A DNA stretch of 64,000 nucleotides from Naegleria gruberi (taxonomy: Eukaryota). Shown one piece after another: positions 54,492-64,000 of this stretch. The notes under the pieces are model-generated. The model searched no databases. It saw only the letters and a list, made by a program, of their open reading frames with translations, and was not told where the DNA came from. The DNA lies in NCBI GenBank assembly GCA_000004985.1, contig GG738854.1; one strand, given 5' to 3'. The stretch's first letter is position 1, and each line of letters opens with the position of its first letter. A program made the position numbers and the translations under genes.

Positions 54492-55613
54492 ATGAACAAG
54501 TTGAGTGAAGAGTCTATTTCTCATTTGAAATCAGCTCAATCACTAGCCATTCAAGCAGAAAAGAGATTTAATACTGCTGTTCATGAATGTCAAGATCAAC
54601 TTCATTCAGTGATGAGAATTCAAAATCAAGGAGTGAACAATATGATCTATGATTTAATGAATCTCTCAAAGGACAATGAAGATATGAACTTGTTAGAAAG
54701 TCAAGTTGAAGCACTAGCTAAAGAAAGAAGCAGTGTTCTTGAACAACTCATGAATTTTAACAAACCATTAGCTTCAGTGGTTGATTCATCCGATGATTCT
54801 GACGATGATTCTGACTCAGACTCTGACGATTCTGATTCAGACTCTGATGATGAGCTTTTGATGGGTGGAAATATCAAACAAGTCAAACAACAATTAACAA
54901 ACTTGGAAGCAAAACTTGACGCTACAATTAAAAAGATGCAAGATGATTTGAAAGATCTAGAAAAATCAAGAACATCTATCTCACCAAGCAAGCCAAGAAT
55001 TACTCTTAATCAAATCATTCAAAACTCTGTTAATGAATTAGGAGCAGTGATGAAACAAAATAATATTAACTTTGACAAGTTTGTAAAATCATGGAATCAA
55101 TTAAAATCGAACCAACATGAATTGCATCAAAGTATGAACAAGGATATGAAGGAAATGAAGGAAAGAGCTAGAAAGTTTGATGAACATGGAGCTAAACTTA
55201 TTACCATTGCCAAAAAGAGTAACATTTACTCGAAGAATTATTCTAATCTCATTAGATATCAATTTGAAAATAGTATTGCCAGTTTGGGAATTTCTATTGC
55301 TGAGGCTTGTGTGAATGTTGCTCAAAATGTTACAAAGGATGTTCTTGAAGGGTTAAGAATGATAATTACTACATTGTTAAAGTCATTCGGAATTACATAT
55401 ATGGAAGCTAGGGCAATTATTAAATGCAAAGAAAAAGATTTCAGATTCCGTCTCAAGATGAGAGGTTATATTAATTACAATAATAACAAAACGGATTGGG
55501 GTTTCGAATTTGATTTGGATTTCAGAAAGTGGAATGAAATGATTGTAGCATTCTTCAAATACTTGTTAAATGAATTCTGTAAACTCACTGGATTTAAGAA
55601 CCCTTTTAATTAA
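54492..55613 (+). CDS. Coiled-coil, acidic-repeat protein segment. It is probably the C-terminal part of the 50362..54474 gene, separated from it by a frameshift
   Basis: First ATG at 54492. The ORF-track start at 54489 is a TTG. It carries the acidic tract DSSDDSDDDSDSDSDDSDSDSDDE. Frame 3 upstream of the ATG (from about 54426) reads SFKRAEKDVEEENKALDILQELMNKL, which overlaps the end of the previous ORF. A 17-nt intergenic spacer is implausible in this genome. Confidence 0.5.
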   Translation: MNKLSEESISHLKSAQSLAIQAEKRFNTAVHECQDQLHSVMRIQNQGVNNMIYDLMNLSKDNEDMNLLESQVEALAKERSSVLEQLMNFNKPLASVVDSSDDSDDDSDSDSDDSDSDSDDELLMGGNIKQVKQQLTNLEAKLDATIKKMQDDLKDLEKSRTSISPSKPRITLNQIIQNSVNELGAVMKQNNINFDKFVKSWNQLKSNQHELHQSMNKDMKEMKERARKFDEHGAKLITIAKKSNIYSKNYSNLIRYQFENSIASLGISIAEACVNVAQNVTKDVLEGLRMIITTLLKSFGITYMEARAIIKCKEKDFRFRLKMRGYINYNNNKTDWGFEFDLDFRKWNEMIVAFFKYLLNEFCKLTGFKNPFN

Positions 55614-56103
55614 TAAACAATTGCGAAATTTATCCTTATGGTCATAACTACCATGTGTTTCTTTTCCACAATTGGTCTCTCATCTATATTCTATAAGAGT
55701 TGACTCTTTCTACCTGATTTCAATTCAGATAGTTTCCAAAATTTGTACAACACTTCCAAACAATCATGATGTCAATCCCTCCTCATATCATGAAGTGAGG
55801 AATCATATTTATATGAAGAATAACCTCAGAATAATGCCACGTCTGGAGATTGGCTTCACACTTAAATTTAAGCAATTTGGAAAAATATCATTCATCATTA
55901 AACTCACAAGAAATCAAACCGTATTGGTATTTTCAATTCCAATCGAATAAATAGCATTAGAAATCAAACAAGCAATTGTTTAATATTAAAAAACATCTTG
56001 AAATGAATCAAAATAAAATCAGTAAGCAACATAAAATGAAGTTTGGTTATCGTTCCGTACTCACTAGATCTTCATTATTATTGATCTACATAATCATTGA
56101 TAT

Positions 56104-56760
56104 ATGTTGTGTGTCAGGGTTTGGTTAGGATTCAGAGTTGATTTATTTGGGTTATTTAAGAGATTACTTAGTGAAGATTCATATCATTGATTATATTTCT
56201 TATCATCTATTAATGATGTAAATTTGATGGTTTCATTTCTTGTATTGATAGATATTTAAAGGTCAGGTCAGTACTAACTTTTGAATTATGGACTTTGAGA
56301 AGTCAAATGTTTGGGACGTGAATCTACTCATTAGATTGAATAGGTTTTGCTAATAAAAGAACATTTCATTGATTTATTGATTATAACGGTCAAATTGAGT
56401 TGAATGGAAGTGAATCACATGTTGATTGATCGTGGTTGGGTTTGGTTAGGATTCAGAGTTGATTTATTTGGGTTATTTAAGAAATTAATTAGTGAAGATT
56501 CATACCATTGATTATATTTCTTATCGTCTATTAATGATGTAAATTTGATGTTTTCATTTCTTATATTGATAGATATTTAAAGGTCAGGTCAGTACTAACT
56601 TTTGAATTATGGACTTTGAGAAGTCAAATGTTTGGGACGTGAATCTACTCATTAGATTGAATAGGTTTTGCTAATAAAAGAACATTTCATTGATTTATTG
56701 ATTATAACGGTCAAATTGAGTTGAATGGAAGTGAATCTAATGTTGATTCATCGTGGATGG
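56104..56760. repeat. Subtelomeric tandem repeat, 2 x ~321 bp, about 97% identical
   Basis: GGGTTTGGTTAGGATTCAGAGTTGATTTATTTGGGTTATTTAAG... occurs at 56117 and again at 56438. The two copies are collinear through ...GTCAAATTGAGTTGAATGGAAGTGAATC. A third copy breaks off after about 8 nt. Each unit starts with a telomere-like GGGTTTGG. Confidence 0.8.
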
Positions 56761-57120
56761 GTAGTTTCGCCACGAAGTGGTGCAACTACCAACCTTTGTA
56801 GATTGAATCAGGTTGATTTGCATCTCTCCAATATGTAGCATTATCAAGAGAGTGATTGTTCACCAATTCAATGATCAATATTCAATAATCGGTTTGATTT
56901 CAATCAATAGCTTGATCGTCAAGCTTTGATTTAATATTCCAGTAATCAACGGCAGTCTATTTTTAAATTTAATCAAAGACCATATATAGTATCTAGACTT
57001 TTATGATCTAGAAACTATCTAGATGTGTTCTATATTGAATAATATATTTGAAAATGAGAAGAATTAACTCTTCTATTGAGTTTTATTGGTATTGCAAGGT
57101 ATTTCGATTATAATAATCTA

Positions 57121-58141
57121 CACAGAAATCACACTTGAAATATAAACTGTATTACAATGTATGAGAAACATAACGGTGGTGGAATTAATCAATAAATAAT
57201 TGAAATGACTGAGATGGAATGTAAACTATGGTCTATTTGTTATGTAACGGTGACTAGACAGTGTCAATTTCATCAAATTATTTCAAACTGATAACATTCA
57301 ATAAAAAACCGTTCTATACACCAAACATGTCATACAGAATGAGTTTCAATATTTAATATTGTGAACTGACTCTGTTGGATACCATCTCTATAAATATAAC
57401 AAGATGAAAAGTGTCTACATTCAATTTCACATGCATGTTACTATGTAGAGTCATCATTATATCATCTAAATAGGTTGTATTTCATGTTTCAGTTACATTG
57501 ACTGTCTAGATATTGAGATGTGTATACTAAGGTTGATGAAATGGTACCTTCACTGATTATTGACATGAATATAACAATTGATCATATGATTCTTGTATAA
57601 GTATTTCATTATTCAATAATTGTGATATGATGGTAAAATTTAATTTTGGAATTAAGATTTTTCCTAATTGATTTCCTTAGATGTTCCTTAGTTGACTTGA
57701 AGATACAGAGCCACGAATATGAAACTCTCTCAGATTGTTCTCCTCATTAAGAGGAGTGTATTCATATTTGAACCTTGTATGATATTTTGTAAAATGAATG
57801 AGATGGAGTATATTCTATTTGTTGAAATGTGACAATTTGACAGATTGTTATTATTATCATATTGAATTCAATTCTAACACTATGTAATTGATACCAGATG
57901 TATATAACTGTGATTTAATGTATATGGTATAGTTTCATGATGATTGGATGTATTTTCATTGAGATAGAGTGTACACTTGGATATAAGCACTATTGACATT
58001 GAACATTATCTGACTGACTAATTGTACGTACTACGAATTGTTTCCAAACTATTAAAAGTGTATTTAATTGATGTGTAATCTATGTAGTATCGATTTTAGA
58101 ATGACTGTTCGTATAATGAGTGAGTTGGAGCATAATCTGTG
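57121..58141. repeat. Subtelomeric repeat family, copy 1 (~1.02 kb; carries a ~0.47-kb internal segment absent from copy 2)
   Basis: 57121-57235 and 57700-58141 align at roughly 85-90% identity with 59084-59654. Examples: GAAATGACTGAGATGGAATGTAAACTAT, GATTGTTCTCC..AAGAGGAGTGTATTCATATTTGA, ATGAATGAGATGGAGTATATTCTAT, and the terminal GAGTGAGTTGGAGCATAATCTGTG. There is no ORF. Confidence 0.7.
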
Positions 58142-59083
58142 ATTTTATTTCAAAAGTCTATAGTATTGTGATAGAGTTGACAACTCGACATCTACTGAAC
58201 CAATATTCATGAAATTGATACCATATGCTAATTAGAGTGGCTACATACCATGATATCAATTTCAGTGAAATTGGAGTTGTTTCTGGACCCTTCAGATTTC
58301 CATCCATTCTCTTGAAATATCCCCATGTACTATCTACTGAATGCATTTCTTGAAATGAAAATATATAATTTGAAGAAAGTCCACTTTATTTGAGATGTAG
58401 AACTCAATATTATCATTTATTATGAGATTGGTAACTTTTCCTATTGTATCATACTTAATTGTCTTAATTGACTAAAAGGATCAAGGAGAGATTTCAAATC
58501 ATAAAATAAATGATATTTTCGAGATGTACTATTGATTTCCAATCGATTGATATGTATTTTGTTGATTGAGGATGTAGTTCTCTATTTGAAGATTTCCTCC
58601 TGATCTGTTATGTCAACCTTGAAATTTCACCCTTTACCTTATTGAATGATGGAATGTTCACCAAAATGTCTAAAAACTGAATAACAAACACTCTTTGAGA
58701 TGTGAAACGTGATGGTAGTGTTTCGTAGAGAGTGTGGTTTTGGATCCCATGTCAACCCCTATTTATTAAGCTTTTCTCCTTAAATACATTAACAATATAT
58801 ATCACAAATGATGTCAAAAGATGGTGATTGTAATGGGGCACAATATACGGCTGATGTGAAATTGTTAAATATTTATATATATCAAGTTATGATGGTGGCT
58901 AGTGGTAATAAAATCACTTGATCAAAATTATTTTTGTCGCTTGATCAAACCGAAAAACGCGCGGAAAAGTTAAAAATAGATTCAAGTTGATGTGAAAATG
59001 GCTCAGAATCGAAAGGATTAACAAAGCTTACTACTATATTGGAAGTGAAAGTGCCATTTGGCACTCACTTCCATCAACTTTAT

Positions 59084-59654
59084 CATAGAAATCACTCTTG
59101 AAACATGAATTGTACTATAATGTGTGAGTAACATATTGGTGTTGGAATTGATCAATAACTCTTTGAAATGACTGAGATGGAATGTAAACTATATTCTAAG
59201 GTATATTGGTTGACTGTAAGATACTGAGCCATCAATGTGAAACTTTATCAGATTGTTCTCCTTATCAAGAGGAGTGTATTCATATTTGATACTTGTATTA
59301 TATTTTGTAAAATGAATGAGATGGAGTATATTCTATATGTTGAAATGTGACAATTTGACAGATTGTTATTATTATCATACTGAATTCAATTCTAAAACAT
59401 TAAAATTGATTCCAGATGTATATCAGTGTGATTAAATGTATCTGGTAAAGTTACATGATGGTTGAATGTACTTTCGCTGAGATAGAGTACACTTGGATAA
59501 AATCACTCTTGACATTGAACATTTACTGATTGACTGAATTAAAGTATCATGAATTGTTTTTAAACTTGTATAGATGTATATACATGGTGTATAGAATGTG
59601 TGTTATCAGTTCTAGACTAATTGCATATAAAATAAGTGAGTTGGAGCATAATCT
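59084..59654. repeat. Subtelomeric repeat family, copy 2. It is truncated by the assembly gap
   Basis: It is collinear with copy 1 apart from the 0.47-kb indel. It ends with ...AAGTGAGTTGGAGCATAATCT immediately before the N run. An imperfect 14-bp hairpin, GGAAGTGAAAGTGCCA-TT-TGGCACTCACTTCC, lies just upstream at about 59041-59072. Confidence 0.7.
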
Positions 59655-62600
59655 NNNNNNNNNNNNNNNNNNNNNNNNNNNNNNNNNNNNNNNNNNNNNN
59701 NNNNNNNNNNNNNNNNNNNNNNNNNNNNNNNNNNNNNNNNNNNNNNNNNNNNNNNNNNNNNNNNNNNNNNNNNNNNNNNNNNNNNNNNNNNNNNNNNNNN
59801 NNNNNNNNNNNNNNNNNNNNNNNNNNNNNNNNNNNNNNNNNNNNNNNNNNNNNNNNNNNNNNNNNNNNNNNNNNNNNNNNNNNNNNNNNNNNNNNNNNNN
59901 NNNNNNNNNNNNNNNNNNNNNNNNNNNNNNNNNNNNNNNNNNNNNNNNNNNNNNNNNNNNNNNNNNNNNNNNNNNNNNNNNNNNNNNNNNNNNNNNNNNN
60001 NNNNNNNNNNNNNNNNNNNNNNNNNNNNNNNNNNNNNNNNNNNNNNNNNNNNNNNNNNNNNNNNNNNNNNNNNNNNNNNNNNNNNNNNNNNNNNNNNNNN
60101 NNNNNNNNNNNNNNNNNNNNNNNNNNNNNNNNNNNNNNNNNNNNNNNNNNNNNNNNNNNNNNNNNNNNNNNNNNNNNNNNNNNNNNNNNNNNNNNNNNNN
60201 NNNNNNNNNNNNNNNNNNNNNNNNNNNNNNNNNNNNNNNNNNNNNNNNNNNNNNNNNNNNNNNNNNNNNNNNNNNNNNNNNNNNNNNNNNNNNNNNNNNN
60301 NNNNNNNNNNNNNNNNNNNNNNNNNNNNNNNNNNNNNNNNNNNNNNNNNNNNNNNNNNNNNNNNNNNNNNNNNNNNNNNNNNNNNNNNNNNNNNNNNNNN
60401 NNNNNNNNNNNNNNNNNNNNNNNNNNNNNNNNNNNNNNNNNNNNNNNNNNNNNNNNNNNNNNNNNNNNNNNNNNNNNNNNNNNNNNNNNNNNNNNNNNNN
60501 NNNNNNNNNNNNNNNNNNNNNNNNNNNNNNNNNNNNNNNNNNNNNNNNNNNNNNNNNNNNNNNNNNNNNNNNNNNNNNNNNNNNNNNNNNNNNNNNNNNN
60601 NNNNNNNNNNNNNNNNNNNNNNNNNNNNNNNNNNNNNNNNNNNNNNNNNNNNNNNNNNNNNNNNNNNNNNNNNNNNNNNNNNNNNNNNNNNNNNNNNNNN
60701 NNNNNNNNNNNNNNNNNNNNNNNNNNNNNNNNNNNNNNNNNNNNNNNNNNNNNNNNNNNNNNNNNNNNNNNNNNNNNNNNNNNNNNNNNNNNNNNNNNNN
60801 NNNNNNNNNNNNNNNNNNNNNNNNNNNNNNNNNNNNNNNNNNNNNNNNNNNNNNNNNNNNNNNNNNNNNNNNNNNNNNNNNNNNNNNNNNNNNNNNNNNN
60901 NNNNNNNNNNNNNNNNNNNNNNNNNNNNNNNNNNNNNNNNNNNNNNNNNNNNNNNNNNNNNNNNNNNNNNNNNNNNNNNNNNNNNNNNNNNNNNNNNNNN
61001 NNNNNNNNNNNNNNNNNNNNNNNNNNNNNNNNNNNNNNNNNNNNNNNNNNNNNNNNNNNNNNNNNNNNNNNNNNNNNNNNNNNNNNNNNNNNNNNNNNNN
61101 NNNNNNNNNNNNNNNNNNNNNNNNNNNNNNNNNNNNNNNNNNNNNNNNNNNNNNNNNNNNNNNNNNNNNNNNNNNNNNNNNNNNNNNNNNNNNNNNNNNN
61201 NNNNNNNNNNNNNNNNNNNNNNNNNNNNNNNNNNNNNNNNNNNNNNNNNNNNNNNNNNNNNNNNNNNNNNNNNNNNNNNNNNNNNNNNNNNNNNNNNNNN
61301 NNNNNNNNNNNNNNNNNNNNNNNNNNNNNNNNNNNNNNNNNNNNNNNNNNNNNNNNNNNNNNNNNNNNNNNNNNNNNNNNNNNNNNNNNNNNNNNNNNNN
61401 NNNNNNNNNNNNNNNNNNNNNNNNNNNNNNNNNNNNNNNNNNNNNNNNNNNNNNNNNNNNNNNNNNNNNNNNNNNNNNNNNNNNNNNNNNNNNNNNNNNN
61501 NNNNNNNNNNNNNNNNNNNNNNNNNNNNNNNNNNNNNNNNNNNNNNNNNNNNNNNNNNNNNNNNNNNNNNNNNNNNNNNNNNNNNNNNNNNNNNNNNNNN
61601 NNNNNNNNNNNNNNNNNNNNNNNNNNNNNNNNNNNNNNNNNNNNNNNNNNNNNNNNNNNNNNNNNNNNNNNNNNNNNNNNNNNNNNNNNNNNNNNNNNNN
61701 NNNNNNNNNNNNNNNNNNNNNNNNNNNNNNNNNNNNNNNNNNNNNNNNNNNNNNNNNNNNNNNNNNNNNNNNNNNNNNNNNNNNNNNNNNNNNNNNNNNN
61801 NNNNNNNNNNNNNNNNNNNNNNNNNNNNNNNNNNNNNNNNNNNNNNNNNNNNNNNNNNNNNNNNNNNNNNNNNNNNNNNNNNNNNNNNNNNNNNNNNNNN
61901 NNNNNNNNNNNNNNNNNNNNNNNNNNNNNNNNNNNNNNNNNNNNNNNNNNNNNNNNNNNNNNNNNNNNNNNNNNNNNNNNNNNNNNNNNNNNNNNNNNNN
62001 NNNNNNNNNNNNNNNNNNNNNNNNNNNNNNNNNNNNNNNNNNNNNNNNNNNNNNNNNNNNNNNNNNNNNNNNNNNNNNNNNNNNNNNNNNNNNNNNNNNN
62101 NNNNNNNNNNNNNNNNNNNNNNNNNNNNNNNNNNNNNNNNNNNNNNNNNNNNNNNNNNNNNNNNNNNNNNNNNNNNNNNNNNNNNNNNNNNNNNNNNNNN
62201 NNNNNNNNNNNNNNNNNNNNNNNNNNNNNNNNNNNNNNNNNNNNNNNNNNNNNNNNNNNNNNNNNNNNNNNNNNNNNNNNNNNNNNNNNNNNNNNNNNNN
62301 NNNNNNNNNNNNNNNNNNNNNNNNNNNNNNNNNNNNNNNNNNNNNNNNNNNNNNNNNNNNNNNNNNNNNNNNNNNNNNNNNNNNNNNNNNNNNNNNNNNN
62401 NNNNNNNNNNNNNNNNNNNNNNNNNNNNNNNNNNNNNNNNNNNNNNNNNNNNNNNNNNNNNNNNNNNNNNNNNNNNNNNNNNNNNNNNNNNNNNNNNNNN
62501 NNNNNNNNNNNNNNNNNNNNNNNNNNNNNNNNNNNNNNNNNNNNNNNNNNNNNNNNNNNNNNNNNNNNNNNNNNNNNNNNNNNNNNNNNNNNNNNNNNNN

Positions 62601-62957
62601 NNNNNNNNNNNNNNNNNNNNNNNNNNNNNNNNNNNNNNNNNNNNNNNNNNNNNNNNNNNNNNNNNNNNNNNNNNNNNNNNNNNNNNNNNNNNNNNNNNNN
62701 NNNNNNNNNNNNNNNNNNNNNNNNNNNNNNNNNNNNNNNNNNNNNNNNNNNNNNNNNNNNNNNNNNNNNNNNNNNNNNNNNNNNNNNNNNNNNNNNNNNN
62801 NNNNNNNNNNNNNNNNNNNNNNNNNNNNNNNNNNNNNNNNNNNNNNNNNNNNNNNNNNNNNNNNNNNNNNNNNNNNNNNNNNNNNNNNNNNNNNNNNNNN
62901 NNNNNNNNNNNNNNNNNNNNNNNNNNNNNNNNNNNNNNNNNNNNNNNNNNNNNNNNN
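59655..62957. other. Assembly gap (3,303 N, plus an isolated N at 62959)
   Basis: A contiguous run of n. The ORFs 59530..62988 and 59612..63013 in the six-frame track are artefacts of translating N as X. Confidence 0.99.
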
Positions 62958-63650
62958 GNAAGTGATGTATTTGATAGAGTTGGTCTGACTTGTCTTTTCT
63001 TAAAGTCAACCATAATATATCAACATTTACCTTCCCATGGTACCATTTCTGATTTTTATGATATGAAATTGAATTCTACATCATTATATATCATCTATAT
63101 CATGTTGGTAAAGTTTTAATAGGTGGTCTTTTTTCAAGATTTCATCCTTTTCATCATAGTTGACTATGTGTGGTTGAGGGAAGAAATCTTTAAATATGAA
63201 AGTGAAAATAAATTTGATATTCGATGTTTACTCATCAAATGGAACATTTTCATATCAGGATTCAATATGTTTTGATGAGAAACTCAAAAGTTATTGTTGA
63301 CCTCTTTTACCTCACATCTTCCCTTTTCTCTCTATACTTTTATATCTACAGACATGAAATTTTGAAATTTTATATGAAAGTGATTATGAATGTTGTTAAC
63401 GATGATATAGACTATATAATCTCATTAAAGGATTTTGAAATTAACATTCTTCCTATAGTTTCATTTTAGAAATTTTAATCTGACATTATTTACAAAGTTA
63501 ATATTTTATAAATTGAAAAACTAAATATACCACGTTATTCTACTCATCATTTCCAATCGAATGATATAAAATTTAATGATATTTGAATAAGTTTATAATT
63601 TTGGGCTAGGGTTTGAACATTGGGTTTAGAAGAATTCTATTTTTAGTTCT

Positions 63651-64000
63651 GGGTTTGGGTTTGGGTTTGGGTTTGGGTTTGGGTTTGGGTTTGGGTTTGG
63701 GTTTGGGTTTGGGTTTGGGTTTGGGTTTGGGTTTGGGTTTGGGTTTGGGTTTGGGTTTGGGTTTGGGTTTGGGTTTGGGTTTGGGTTTGGGTTTGGGTTT
63801 GGGTTTGGGTTTGGGTTTGGGTTTGGGTTTGGGTTGGGTTTGGGTTTGGGTTTGGGTTTGGGTTTGGGTTTGGGTTGGGTTTGGGTTTGGGTTTGGGTTT
63901 GGGTTTGGGTTTGGGTTTGGGTTTGGGTTTGGGTTGGGTTTGGGTTTGGGTTTGGGTTTGGGTTTGGGTTTGGGTTTGGGTTTGGGTTTGGGTTTGGGTT
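63651..64000 (+). repeat. Telomeric repeat array (GGGTTT)n, i.e. TTTGGG-type. About 58 units with occasional GGGTT variants. It runs to the end of the window
   Basis: A perfect hexamer array starts at 63651. 5-nt variants (GGGTT) occur at about 63835, 63878 and 63932. Degenerate telomere-like units GGGCTAGGGTTTGAACATTGGGTTTAGAAG lie just proximal at 63603-63632. The G-rich strand runs 5'->3' toward the terminus, as expected for a genuine right-arm telomere. Confidence 0.9.

Noticed and set aside
56104-56760. Possibility that the regularly spaced subtelomeric repeats are a CRISPR-like array or a mobile element
   Set aside because: The units are 321 bp with no short repeat-spacer periodicity. 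This is a eukaryotic chromosome end. There are no ORFs, TIRs, LTRs or target-site duplications around the ~0.6-1.0-kb units. I called them satellite or subtelomeric repeats.
59530-63013. Four >1,100-aa ORFs on both strands (59530..62988, 59636..62965, 59612..63013, 59617..63009)
   Set aside because: They consist almost entirely of X from translating the 3.3-kb N gap. They are artefacts.
63651-64000. Assigning the window to Paramecium, or another ciliate macronucleus, because of the TTTGGG telomere
   Set aside because: Genes here use TAA and TAG as stops. Every long ORF ends in TAA or TAG, and 1,675-aa ORFs are uninterrupted under the standard code. Introns are 46-119 nt rather than about 25 nt. 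That is incompatible with Paramecium, Tetrahymena or Oxytricha coding rules.
1-64000. Search for tRNA, rRNA and snRNA genes and for transposon hallmarks (LTRs, TIRs, RT or transposase motifs)
   Set aside because: I scanned by eye for GTTCGA(A/T)TCC T-loop boxes with matching acceptor stems, for rDNA-like GC-rich blocks, and for DDE or RT motifs in the ORF track. None was found. A computational tRNAscan or Infernal pass could still recover small RNAs I missed.

Overview
This 64-kb window is the right-hand end of a nuclear chromosome or scaffold from an AT-rich unicellular eukaryote (roughly one-third GC by eye).

General character:
- The genetic code is standard. Long ORFs of 1,675 and 1,684 aa end in TAA or TAG. 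This excludes Paramecium and other TAA/TAG-reassigned ciliates, even though the terminal repeat is the Paramecium-like TTTGGG.
- I call about 28 protein-coding genes in the first 55.6 kb, on both strands, and roughly 70-75% of that stretch is coding.
- Most genes are intronless. I support eight short GT-AG introns. They fall into two length classes, 46-62 nt and 104-119 nt, with donors GTAAGT, GTATGT, GTACGT or GTTTGT.
- Many first residues shown as 'M' in the ORF track are really TTG or GTG. I reset starts to the first in-frame ATG.

Gene highlights:
- A tandem pair of ~1,680-aa multi-TM proteins carrying a PAS domain and a class III adenylyl-cyclase domain lies at 28130-38399. The two copies are mosaic: 3' and internal tracts are >=99% identical, set in otherwise diverged genes, which suggests gene conversion.
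- A non-RD Ser/Thr kinase carries a C-terminal JAZ-type C2H2 zinc finger plus a dsRBD, a PKR-like arrangement.
- A pepsin-family homolog has its first catalytic DTG replaced by NTN, so it is predicted to be a pseudo-protease.
- A bacterial-type YdeI/OmpD-associated family protein is a horizontal-transfer candidate.
- Other genes: a cyt-b5-fused front-end desaturase, a START-domain gene, an HxxxD acyltransferase, a type-B carboxylesterase, a PiT phosphate transporter (two exons), an RWP-RK protein, an RCC1-repeat protein, a HIT protein, a DUF4116 repeat protein and an ankyrin-repeat protein.
- The ORFs 50362-54474 and 54489-55613 are most likely one ~1,750-aa gene broken by a 1-nt indel in an A4 homopolymer.

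Subtelomere and telomere:
- The last ~8.4 kb is gene-free subtelomere. It holds a 2 x 321-bp tandem repeat and two diverged copies of a 0.6-1.0-kb repeat family.
- A 3,303-nt N gap starts inside the second of those copies.
- About 640 bp of unique sequence follows the gap.
- The window ends in a terminal (GGGTTT)n array of about 58 repeats with occasional GGGTT variants. Its G-strand runs 5'->3' toward the end, as expected for a true telomere.

I recognised no tRNA, rRNA or transposon. All functional calls rest on motifs read by eye. No database searches were run.
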